64,000 nt of DNA from Cyanophora paradoxa CCMP329. Taxonomy: Eukaryota > Plantae > Glaucophyta. Made by a program: the position numbers and the translations under genes. The stretch spans positions 248,001 through 312,000 of the forward strand of contig QPMI01000101.1 of assembly GCA_004431415.1 (NCBI GenBank). Direction: 5' to 3'. The notes under the pieces are model-generated. The model searched no databases and was not told the origin of the DNA. It worked only from the letters and a program-made list of their open reading frames with translations. Every line of letters starts with the position of its first letter. Position 1 is the first letter of the stretch. Shown here one piece after another: positions 1 to 12,000 of the stretch.

Positions 1-3000
1 TGGGAGGAGCTCGCGGCGACGTGCCACCGCTTCCTGCGGTGCGCGCCGGCGGACTTCCGGCGGCTGTGGGACTGGACGCCGGCGCTCTCGCTGCTGCGGC
101 ACCGCTCAGCGGCGGTGCGGTGGCACGCGGCGCGCGTGGCGGCGGCGGCGCTGGAGCTGCCGGACGCGGGAGCCCACCGGCTCCTCCTCGAGGCCCTCCC
201 CAACCCCGAGGAGCACGCCGCCGAGCCGCCCCTCTGGCCCGCCCCGCCCCGCGCCGCGCCGGCCCGGCCGGGGCGCCGCTGAGGGGCAGGACGGCAGGGC
301 GGCGGAGCTGGAGGAGCTCGGGTGGAGCGGGCGGCGCCCTTCCTCGACGGCCCCGGCGGCGAGGAGGGCGAGGAGGCGGCGGGCCCGTGGCGGCGCCGGC
401 CCCGGGGGACCCCTCGTCGACGTCGCCGGCATCGCCCTTCCCCGCCGCGTCGCCCCACCCGGCGAGCCCGAGCCGCCCGCCCCGTGCGCCCCGCCCTTCG
501 CTCCGCCCCGCCCCGCCCCTCCGGGCTGCGGCCGCTGACGGCGGCGCAGGGCGGGGCCGTTCGTGCAGACGGGGACGGCGGTGCGGAACATGCGGGGCCT
601 GGCGCTGGCGTACGCGCAGGGCGGGGCGGTGCTGCTGGAGGGGCCCCCGGGCTGCGGCAAGACGCGCCTCGTCGAGGAGTTCGCCCGCCTCGTCGGCCAC
701 CGCTCCGGCCCGCCCGCCCGCCCCCTCCGCCCGCTCGGGCGGGGCAGCTGACGGGGGCGGGGGCAGGGCTGACGACGGTGCACCTGGACGACCAGATGGA
801 CAGCAAGCTCCTCACGGGGACGTACGTCTCCACGGACGTCCCCGGCGAGTTCCGCTGGCAGCCCGGCGTCCTCACCCAGGTCCCCCCGCCCCACCCCGCC
901 CCGCCCCGCCCCGCCCCGCTTTGCCCCGCTGAGGCGCGGGGCAGGCGGTGCGGGAGGGCCGCTGGCTTGTCTTCGAGGACATCGAGCTGGCGCCCTTCGA
1001 GGTCGTCGCCGCCCTCGCGCCCCTCCTCGAGACCCGCACCCTCCTCCTCCCCGCCCGCGCCGAGTCCATCCCCGCCCACCACGCCTTCCGCCTCTTCGCC
1101 ACCCGCTCCACGCACCCCGCCCCCGAGCCCCACCCCGCCGCCCCGGAGGGCCCCGCCCCGCCCCGCCCCGCCCTGCACGGCCACGGGGGCCACCACGGGC
1201 ACGGGCAGGGGGCGGGGCAGAATGCGGCGCTGCTGGAGAACCTTTGGTCGGCGGTGCGGGTGGAGGCGCTGCCGCCGGACGAGCTGGGCGAGGTGGTGGC
1301 GACGGCGCACCCGCCCCTGGCGCCCCTCGTGCCCCGCCTCCTCGACACCTACGCCGCCCTCTGCCTCCGCCCCGCCGCCGCCGGCCTGCCCCGCCGCTGG
1401 ACGGCCCGCGACTTCCTGCGCGCCTGCCGCCGCCTCGCGAGCTTCTCGCGGGGCCTGCCGGTGGGCCCGAGCGGCCTCCTGACGAACGCGCTGCGGGAGG
1501 ACGTCTTCGCGGAGCTCTACGACGTCTTCGGGAGCCCGCTGGCTGACCCCGCGCACCAGGCCGCCCTCGCCGACGCGCTCCGCCGCGCCTGGGAGCTCGA
1601 CCCCGCCCGCGTCGAGCACTACGCCGCCGCCCACCGCCCCGCCCTCGAGGCCGCCCCCGGCTCCCTCACCGTCGGCCGCGTGACCCTCCCCGTCGCCCCG
1701 GGGGACCGCCCCAGGCCGGCCGACTCGTACGCCCACACGCGCCTCGCGCTGCGCCTCATGGAGCGCGTCGCGGTGCGCGGGGCCCTCGCGCTGCTTCCCT
1801 CGCGGGTGGCTGAGGGGGCGCAGGCGTGCGTGGCGATGAACGAGCCGGTGCTGCTGGTGGGGGAGACGGGGACGGGGAAGACGAGCGCGGCGCAGGCGCT
1901 GGCGGGGGCCCTGGGGCGCCGCCTCGTCGTCCTCAACCTCAACCAGCAGAGCGACGCCGAGGACCTCCTCGGTGCCCGCCCCGCCCCCCGCCCCCGCCCC
2001 CGCCCCGCCCCCGCTGAGCGCGAGGGGGCGGGGCAGGGGGCTTCCGGCCGGTGGACGCGGCGGTGCTGGCGCACCCGCTGCTGCAGCAGTTCGACGCGCT
2101 CTTCCCGCGCACCTTCTCGCGCAAGGCCAACGCCAAGTTCATCGAGGCCGTCCGCGCCCGCTTCGCCCGCCGCGACTGGCGCGCCCTCCTCTCCGCCTTC
2201 CGCTCCGCCCTCCAGATGGCCGACCGCCGCGCCGCCGAGGGCGAGCCCGGCGCCGCCCCCGGCGCCGAGCCGCCCAAGCCGGCCCTGGCCCCCGCCCTCC
2301 GGGCCGACTGGCGGGCCTTCGCGGAGGGGGTGGCGAAGCTGGAGCGGCAGCTGGGGGCCGGGGGCGCCGAGGGCCGCGCCCTCGCCTTCAGCTTCGTCGA
2401 GGGGGCGCTGGTGCGGGCCGTGCGCGCCGGCGACTGGCTCCTGCTCGACGAGATCAACCTGGCGTCGGCGGAGACGCTGCAGCGCATCGCGGGGCTGCTG
2501 GACGGGCGCTCGATCGCGCTGACGGAGAAGGGGGAGGCGGAGGAGGTCGAGCGCCACCCCGAGTTCCGCCTCGTCGCCTGCATGAACCCGCCCACGGACG
2601 CCGGCAAGAAGGACCTGCCCCCGCAGCTCAAGGCCCGCTTCTCCGAGATCTACGTCCCCGAGCTCGAGGACCCCGCCGACCTCGGTCCGCCCCGCCCCCG
2701 CGCCCCCGCCGCCCCCGCCGCCGCCGACGCGTGGGGGCAGCGCTAGTGGTGCGGCAGCACATGCGGGGGGTGGCGAACGCGCCGGCCGACGACATCGTCG
2801 CCTTCTACCTCGAGGCCCGGGTGCGCGCCCCCGCCGGCCCGCCCCCCCGCGCCGTGGCGCCGGCCTCACGCCGCCCGCAGAAGGAGGCGCGGGCGAGCCT
2901 GGTGGACGGGGCGAACCAGCGGCCGCAGTACAGCCTGCGGACGCTGTCGCGGGGGGTGGACTACGCGCGGGCGATCGCGCCGGTGTACGGCCTGCAGCGG

Positions 3001-6000
3001 GCCCTCTACGAGGGCTTCCACATGACCTTCGTGACCCAGCTGCAGCGCGCCTGCCGCCCCGCCGTCGAGGCCCTCCTCCTCTCCCGCCTCCTCCGCGGCG
3101 CCGCGCCCCTCGCCTCCCTCCTCCGCGCCCCGCCGGCCCCCCCCGAGGAGGCCGCCGCCCGCTTCGAGCTCGTCGAGCAGTTCTACCTGCCGCGCGGGCC
3201 GCACGCCTGCGAGCCGATGGGGGAGGCCGAGTACGTCCTCACGCCCTCGATCCGCGCGAACCTGCGCTCGGTGGCGCGGGTGCTGCTGGCGCGGCGGTAC
3301 CCCGTGCTGCTGCAGGGCCCGACGTCGGCGGGGAAGACGTCGATGATCGAGTGGCTGGCGCGGCGCACGGGCCACCGCTTCGTGCGGGTGAACAACCACG
3401 AGCACACGGACGTGCACGAGTACCTGGGGCAGTACGTCTCCACCGCGGACGGGCGCCTGGTCTTCCAGGAGGGCGTCCTCGTCCGCGCCGTCCGCGAGGG
3501 CCACTGGATCCTCCTCGACGAGCTGAACCTCGCCCCCTCCGAGGTCCCGCCCCCCGCCCACCCGCCTTTCTCTCGGCCCCCTCTGACGGGGCGGGTGGGG
3601 GCAGGTGCTGGAGGCGCTGAACCGGCTGCTGGACGACAACCGCGAGCTCTTCATCCCCGAGACGCAGGCGAGCCCGCCCCGCCCCGCCCGGCCCCGCTGT
3701 GAGGTGCCGGGGCCCGCTGACGCGCGGGGCGGGTGCAGGAGGTCGTGCGGCCGCACCCGCACTTCGCGCTCTTCGCGACGCAGAACCCGCCGGGGCTCTA
3801 CGGCGGCCGCAAGGTCCTCTCCCGCGCCTTCCGCAACCGCTTCCTCGAGGTCCACGTCGACGAGGTCCGTACCCCCGGCCCGCCTGAATCTGAGCTCGAG
3901 CCTGTCTGAGGCCCCCGCAGATCCCGGACACGGAGCTGGAGACGATCGTGTCGAAGCGCTGCGCGGTGGCGCCGTCGCACGCGGCCCGCCTCATCGCCGT
4001 CATGCGGGACCTCCAGGCCCGCCCCCGCCCCGCCCCCGCCGGCCCCCGCCCGCCTCGCCTCCCGCCGACTCTCTCGCGCAGCGGACGCGGGCGCAGTCGC
4101 GGCTCTTCGCGGGGAAGGAGGGGTTCATCACGCCGCGCGACCTCTTCCGCTGGGCCTCCCGCGGGGCCCTCTCCTACGCCGAGCTCGCCGAGGAGGGCTA
4201 CGCCGTCCTTGCCGAGCGCCTCCGCCGCGACGAGGAGAAGGAGACCGTCCGCCGCGCCCTCGAGAAGCACCTTAAGGCCCCCGTCGACGTCCCCGCCCTC
4301 TACTCCAACGCCCGCAACCCCGTCCGGCCCTCCCCTCTCCAACCCCGCTCGCCTGCGGCCTAACGGGGCGCGGGGGCAGGACCTGGTGGAGGGGGAGCGG
4401 CTGCTGCGGGAAGGGGCGTTCGGGCGGGTGGTGTGGACGGCGGCGATGCGGCGCATGTTCGTGCTCGTGGGGCGCGGCCTGAAGCGCTCGGAGCCGGTGC
4501 TGCTCGTCGGGGAGACGGGGACGGGGAAGACGACCGTGTGCCAGATGCACGCCGCCGTGCGCGGCCAGAAGCTCGTCATCGTCAACTGCCACCAGGGCAC
4601 CGAGACCGCCGACCTCATCGGCGGCTTCCGGCCCGTGCGGGGGCGCGACCTCGTGCGGGCGCAGCTGCTGGAGCGCGCCGCGGAGCTGCTGCGGGCCTGC
4701 GGCGAGGAGGGCCCCGCCCTGGAGTCCCCCGAGGTGGCGGCCGAGCGCTGCGAGGCGGCGTGCGCGCGGGCCGCCGACGCGGGGCGCGACTCGGAGGAGC
4801 TGCGGCGGCTGCGGGCGGAGGTGGAGGAGCTGCAGGGGCGCTACCGGGCGCTCTTCCGGTGGTACGACGGGCCGCTGGTGGAGGCGATGCGGGGCGGGCA
4901 CATCCTCCTCCTCGACGAGATCTCCCTCGCCGACGACTCGGTCCTCGAGCGCGTCAACTCCGTCCTCGAGCCGGCCCGCCTCCTCGTCCTCGCGGAGAAG
5001 GGCGCGGGGGCCGACGGGGAGGGCGGGGCGGCGGGGGCGGCGGGGGCCGAGGAGATCGTCGCCCACGCCGACTTCCGCGTGGTGGCGACGATGAACCCCG
5101 GCGGCGACTACGGCAAGAAGGAGCTCTCTCCCGCCCTCCGCAACCGGCGCGCGCCCCCCCGCCCCACCCCTGACCCCCGCCCCCGGGCCCTCTGACGGGC
5201 GGGGCGGCAGGTTCACGGAGATCTGGGTGCCCTCGGTGGGGGACGCGGCCGACCTCGAGCGCATCCTCTCCGAGTCGCTCCCCGAGCGCCTCCGCGACTA
5301 CGCCGCCCCGCTCCTCCGCTTCGTCGCCTGGTTCAGCGAGCACCACGCCCACGCCGTCCAGGGCGCCGCCGGCGGCAGCGGGCGGCAGCGGGGCGGCTCG
5401 GCGCTCTCGCTGCGGGACCTGCTGGCGTGGGCCCAGTTCATGGCGGGGGCGAGCCCGCCGCTGGCGCCCCACGAGGCCTTCCTCCACGGGGCCGCCCTGA
5501 CGCTCCTCGACGGCCTCGGGCTGGGGACGGGCCTCTCGGAGCGGGCGGCGCGGCACGTGCGCGCCGCCTGCCTCGCCGAGCTCCTCGCCCTCCTCCCGGA
5601 GGCCGCCCGCGCCGCCGTCACCCCCGAGGAGCGCCGCCGCTGGCTCCCCGCCCCGGAGGCGCCCCCCGAGGACCCCATGGAGCTCGACGGCCCCGCGCCG
5701 CCCGCCCCGGCGGAGCAGGCGGTGGCGGCGTGCAGCGGGGACGGGCGCTTCGGCGTCAACCCGTTCTTCATCGAGCGGGGCCCGCTGCCGCCGCCGGCGG
5801 GGGCCGCCTTCGCGCTGGGGGCCCCCACGACGGCCCGCAACGTGCTGCGCCTGCTGCGCGCCGTGCAGCTGAAGAAGCCGGTGCTGCTGGAGGGGAGCCC
5901 CGGGGTGGGCAAGACGAGCCTCGTGTCGGCGATCGGGGCGGCGGCGGGGCGCCGCGTCGTCCGCATCAACCTCTCCGAGCAGACCGACATGATGGACCTC

Positions 6001-9000
6001 CTCGGTGCGCGGGGACCCCGCCCTCCGCCCGCCCCTCGCCTCCCCAGCCGACGCCGCGGCGGGCGGGCGGGGCGCAGGGTCGGACCTGCCGGTGGAGGGC
6101 GGCAAGGGGGGCGAGTTCGTGTGGAAGGACGGCGTCTTCCTCCAGGCCCTCAAGGTGACCCCCGGGAGGGCGCCCGCCGGCGGGGGCGGCCCTCGGCTGA
6201 CGGGGGCGGGGCAGGCGGGGGACTGGGTGCTGCTGGACGAGCTGAACCTCGCCTCGCAGTCGGTGCTCGAGGGCCTCAACGCGGTCCTCGACCACCGCGC
6301 CGAGGTCTTCGTCCCCGAGCTCGGCCGCGCCTTCGCCTGCCCGCCCTCCTTCCGCATCTTCGCCTGCCAGAACCCCGTCGCCCAGGGGGGCGGCCGCAAG
6401 GGCCTCCCCCGCTCCTTCCTCAACCGCTTCTCCAAGGTCCCCCCCTCCCCTCCCCTCCCCTTCCCCCCCCCTTCCTTCCGGCCGCTCAGGGCGGCGCGCG
6501 CGCAGGTGTACGTGGAGGCGCTGGAGGAGGCGGACCTGCGCTTCATCTGCGGGAGCGTGTACCCCGCGCTGGACGCCGGGGACCTGGCCCGCATGATCGA
6601 GTACGGGGCGCGGCTGCAGCACGAGACGGGCCCCGGGCGGGCCTTCGGGCGGCTCGGGGCCCCCTGGGACTTCAACCTGCGGGACATGTTCCGCTGGTGC
6701 GACCTGCTGGCCCGCCACCCGGGCTCCCGCCCCGAGGACTTCGCCGACCTCGCCTACGCCAAGCGGCTGCGCACCCCCGAGGACCGCGCCGCCGCCGCCG
6801 CCCTCTTCGCCGCCGTCTTCGGGCGCCCGCCCCGCGTCGAGCCCCGCCCCCCCTTCCGCGTCACCCCCGACGAGCTCCGCGTCGGCTCGGCCGCCCTCTC
6901 GCGCTCGCGCTGGCGGCCCCTCGCGGGGGACGGGGCCCCGCCCCGGGCGCCCCCGCTGCTGCTGGGGAGCGCGCTGGGGCCGCTGGAGGCGCTGGGGCAC
7001 TGCGTGGAGATGGGCTGGCTCGCCATCCTCGTGGGCCCCCCGGCCTCGGGGAAGACGTCGCTGGTGCGGCTGCTGGCGGCCCTCGCGGGGGCGCCCCTGC
7101 GGGAGATGGCGGTGACGTCGGCGTCGGACACGTCGGACCTGCTCGGCTGCTTCGAGCAGCTCGACCTCGCCCGCCACGCCGCCCGCCTCGTCCGCCGCCT
7201 CCTCGCCCTCGTCGCCGCCGCCTGCGCCGCCCTCCTCCCGCCCCCGCCCCCTCCCCGCGCCCCCGCCCCCGGCCCCGGCCCGCCTCGAGGCGGCCCAGCG
7301 GCTCCAGGCGCAGGCGGCGCGCCTCCGCTCGCGCAACCACTTCTGCGGCAGCCCGACCGACGCGTGCGCCGCCCCCGCGCTCTGCACCTCGGATCTTCCT
7401 GAGCCTCGCGCAGGGAGGACGGGGAGCAGTGGGACCTGATCGCGCAGCTGCTCGCCGGCGTCGCCTCGGCGGCCGCCGCCCTCGCCGCCCCCGACGAGGC
7501 CGAGCGCCTGGCCGCGGCGGCCCGCGAGCTCGGCGAGGAGGCGGGGCGGGTGCGGCGGATGTGCGGGGCGGGGGCGACGGGGAGCTTCGAGTGGATGGAC
7601 GGGACGCTGGTGGAGGCGATGGAGCGGGGCGAGTGGCTCCTGGTGGAGGGGGCGAACCTCTGCCAGGCCACCGTCCTGGACCGCCTCAACCCGCTCCTCG
7701 AGCCCGGCGGCACCCTGGCGCTCAACGAGCGGGGGCTCGTGGAGGGGCGCGTCAAGGTCGTCGCCCCGCACCCCAACTTTCGCCTCTTCTTCACCGTGGA
7801 CCCCCGCCACGGGGAGATCTCCCGCGCCATGCGCAACCGCGGCGTCGAGCTCGCCCTCGACCCCCTCCCCTGCGCCGGGCCCGACGCCCACGCCCTCCTC
7901 GCCGCCCGCGGCCTCCCCGGCGAGGACCTCGCCGCCGCCTTCTGCGCCGTCCACGCCGCCCTCTCCGCCGGCCCCGCGGGGGGCCCGCGCCGCGAGCCGC
8001 GCTTCAACCTGCGGCACCTGCTCCGCTGGGGCGCCCTCGCCGCCGAGCAGGCCCGGCGCGGCCTCCCCTGGCGCCCCGCCGCCGCCGCCGCCCTCGCGCA
8101 GGCCTACGCCCTCGCCCCCTCGGAGCCCGCCGCCGCCGCCGCCCTCGACGCGCACCTGCCGGCCTCCTTCTGGCGCGCCCCGCTGCCCCGGGGCCGGCGG
8201 CCCGCTGCGCGCCCTGGCGCTCCCCGAGGGGCCCCCGGGGAGCTGCTCGGCCCCGGCCTGTGGCCCCGAGAGGCCGCCGAGGCGGGGCACTACGTGGCGG
8301 CCTCGCTGCCGGCCACCGTGCGCCGCGACGCCGCCCTCCCCGCCGCCCTCGCCCGCCTCTGCGCCCCCGCGGGGGCCGCCCGCCCGCCCGCCCTCCTCCT
8401 CCTCCCGCCCAGCCCCGGCGAGGCGGGGGCGGCGGGGCGGCCGCTGGCGCCGCGCGTGGGGGCGCTGGTGGCGCACGCGGCGCGGCTGCTCGCGGAGGGG
8501 GCGACCCCCGCCGACTGGGCCTGGCGCCTCTCCGCCGCCTCCTCCCTCGCCGCCGCCGCAGCCGCCGCCCCGGGCCCCGCCGCCCCGCCCGCCGCCCGCG
8601 CCCTTCAGCGCGCCTCGGCCCTCCTCCGCGCCCTCTTCGGCGACCCGGCCGCCTCGGCCGCCTCTCCGGCCCTCGCCGCCGCGGCGCGGGCGCTGGCGGA
8701 GGCGCCGGGGTCGCTGGTGGAGGGGACGGCGCCGCGGGGCGCGGGGCTGCTGGTGGGGCGCCTGCTGCAGCGCGAGGCGGAGCGGCAGCTCTACGAGGAC
8801 GAGGCGGCCACCGGCGAGCGCGCCGTCACCTCGGGGCGCGCCCCGCCGGCCGGCCAGGCCCGCTGGCTCGCCTCCCGCCCCGCCCAGGCGCCCCGCCTCG
8901 CGCCGGCGCCGGGCTCGGGGCGCTGCCGCCGGGCGCCCTCGCCGCCCTCGACCCGCTGCTCGCCGCCACCGAGCGCCTCTGCTTCGCCCTCCTCGACGCC

Positions 9001-12000
9001 GCCGCGGCGCCCGGGGGCGGCGGGGAGGAGGCGGAGGGGCGCTGCGGGCGGCCGGGGAGCTGGCGGAGGCGCGGGACGCGCTCTGGGCGGCCACCGCTGG
9101 GGCCCCCGCGCGCGACTTCGAGCCCGAGGCCTTCTGGCTCGCCTGGCGCCGCCTCCGGCGCGCCCTCGCCCGCTGCCCCCGCGCCCCCGACGCCGAGGCC
9201 GCCGCCGCCGCCCTCGAGCACGCCGCCGGGGCCGGGGCCGGGGGGCGTCTGCCGGCCGGCGGGGCGCTGCTGAAGCGGGGCGGGCGGCCGCGGGTGCCGC
9301 GGTCGGCGGAGGCGGCGGCGCTGGAGGCGGAGCTGCACGCGCTCGCCGCCGCCCTCGACGTCGACTGGCGCCTCCTCCGCGAGCGCGCCTCCGCCGAGGC
9401 CGCCGCCGCCGCCGCCGACCCGCCCGCCCACCGGCGCCGCCGCCGCCGGCCCGGGGCGGAGGCGTGGGCCGGCCTGGTGCCGGAGGAGCACCCGGCGCTG
9501 GCGGCGGACGAGGAGGTCCGCGCCACCCTCGTCGACGCCCTCTGCTCCCTCGCCTGGGCCGCCCTCCGCCCCGCCGCCGCCCCCGACGCCGCCGCCCTCC
9601 TCGCCGCCCTCGCTGCCGCCCCCGCGGCGCTGCGGGAGCGGATGCAGCGGCTCGGGGCGGAGCGGGAGCAGCGGCGGCAGCGGGGCGCCCTCACCTTCCG
9701 CCTCGGGACCGGCGAGGATGGCGCCATGGACGGGGCCCCCGACGGGGCCGGCGCCCCGCGGGGCGAGCTCACGGTCTCCCTCGGCGCCGACGCCGACGCG
9801 CGGGAGGCGGCGCGCGCCGTCGCGCCGGCCGCCGACGCCGCGGCGGCCGCCGCCGAGCTGCGCCTCCTCGCCGACCTGGCCGCCGCGGGGGCCCTCGCGG
9901 AGGGCCCCGCCGAGCTGCCCCCGGCCCTCCTCGCCCGCTGCGGGCCGCGCTCGAGTCGCTGCGCGAGCGCGCGGCGGCCGCCGGCGCCTACGCGCCCCTC
10001 GACGCCGTCCCCTACCAGCAGCTCCTCTGGGCCGCAGGCGGCCGCGGGGGCGAGGGCGGGGCGGGCGGGGCGCTGGCGGACGCGCTGCACGAGGCGCTCT
10101 TCCGCTTCCACGGGCGCCTCTGGGCCGGCGCCGCCGACCTCGCCGCCCTCCCCCTCGCCCCGGCCCCCGCCCCGGGGGCCGCCCCGCCGGGCCCCGGCGA
10201 GGTCGCGACGGGGCCGCTCCGGCTGGGCGACGCGGTGCGCTCGGCGGTGGCGGCGGCGCTGCTCTGCGACTGGACCGAGGTGCCGCTGCGGGAGCGGCGG
10301 CCCCGCATGGCGAAGCTCCGCCTCCTCGCCCGCCTCGTCCTCGCGGGCGCCCGGGGCCGGCCCCGGCGACCCCGCTGCCCCGCGCCGACCGCGCCCTCGC
10401 CGCCGCCTCCCTCCTGCGCGCCCTCGCCGCCCACCGCCGCTCCTTCGCGGACGCCCCCGGGGCGCTCGTGGCGGCGGCGGCGGCGCTGCTGGGCGGGGAG
10501 CGGGGCCGTTGGGCCGAGGCGCGGTTCCAGCTGCGCGGCGTCGCCGACGCGCGGCTCGCGGCGGCGCTCGAGGAGCTGCTGCTCCCCGCGGGGGACGCCC
10601 TCGTCCACTCCGAGGAGCCCGAGCTCGGGCGCGCCGGCCTCGCCTCGCTCGCCCGCGGCCGCGCCTGGGCGCTCCTCGGCCTCGGCAAGCTCCGCCTGCT
10701 CGTCGGGCCGGCCGCCTCGGACCCCGCGGCGCGCTACGCGGCCAAGGCGGCCGCGCTGCAGCGGCGGGTGGAGGACCTGTCCGCCGAGATCGACGTGCGG
10801 CGGGCGGCCGAGGGCTACGCGACGGGGCGCGCCTCGAACGCCCGGATCGCCGCCCTCGAGGCGGAGCGCGCCGGCCTCCTCGAGCGCCTCGCGGCCGCGT
10901 CCGAGAAGGTCGTGGCACGGCCGCCCGTGCCGCCGGGCCCGAGCTTCGCGGACCTGCACGGCGAGGCGGCGCAGGCGTGCGCGACGCTCTGCGACCCGCC
11001 CCGCGTCCTCGGCCTCCTCTCCGCCCTCGAGGCGGCGCTGCGGGCCGGCGGGCGCGCGGGCGGCGCGGCGGCCGGGGAGGCGCTCAAGCGGGAGGCGGCG
11101 TGGCAGGACACGGCGGCGCGCGTCGTCGAGCGCCTCCAGCGCCGCTTCCGCCCCTTCCGCGACGTCGCGCAGCCCATCGCCCTCGCCATCTACGAGGCCC
11201 GCCCCTTCCCCCCGCTCCGCCCGCGATCGGCGCCCCTCTCACGCGGGCGGCACCGCAGATCAAGCACGGGCTGCGGCTGGCGGCGGGGGAGGTGATGGAG
11301 CAGGCGAGGGCGGCGGGGGCCGACGACGCCGAGGCGCCCCTGCGGCTCTACCGCGGCCTCGTCGCCGTGCCGCTCCCGCAGGAGGGCGCCGGCGGGTGCG
11401 CGCCGCTGCTCGCCTCGGCGCGGGCGCTGCTCTGCGACGAGGCCTGGGGCGCCCTCGAGGCCCTCGCCGCCGCCGCCGGCGAGCGGCCGGCCCCGCTCCA
11501 GGCGGCCCTCCTCCGCGTCGCGCTCTCGCGCCTCTACCTGCACGCCGCCGGCCGCCGCCGCCTCGACTCCGCCGCGCGGGCGCTGCTCGAGGACGTCGCG
11601 GGGGCGGCGTCGGCCTCGTGGCGGCGGGCGCGGGACGCGGCGGCGGAGCGCAAGAAGGCCGAGGAGGCCGCCTTCGAGTACAAGCTCCGCTCCCACCACG
11701 GTGGCCCCGCCCCCGCCCCCGCCCCCGCCCCCGCCCCCGCCCCGTCCCCCAGCGCCCTGCGTCTGACGGCGGGGCGGGGCGGGGGCAGTGGGGACGGACG
11801 AGGAGCGGGAGGCGGCGGAGCGGCGGCGGATGTTCCCCTCGTACGAGCGCGACTTCGCGGACCTGCCGGGCGCCGCCGACCTCGCCGGCGCCCCCGCCGA
11901 CTTCGCCAAGCCCGACGCCCTCCCCGCCGCCCCCGCCGAGGAGGAGGCGGAGGAGGAGGGGGAGGGGGCGCTGGAGGAGGAGAGCGTGTGGCGGGGCGAG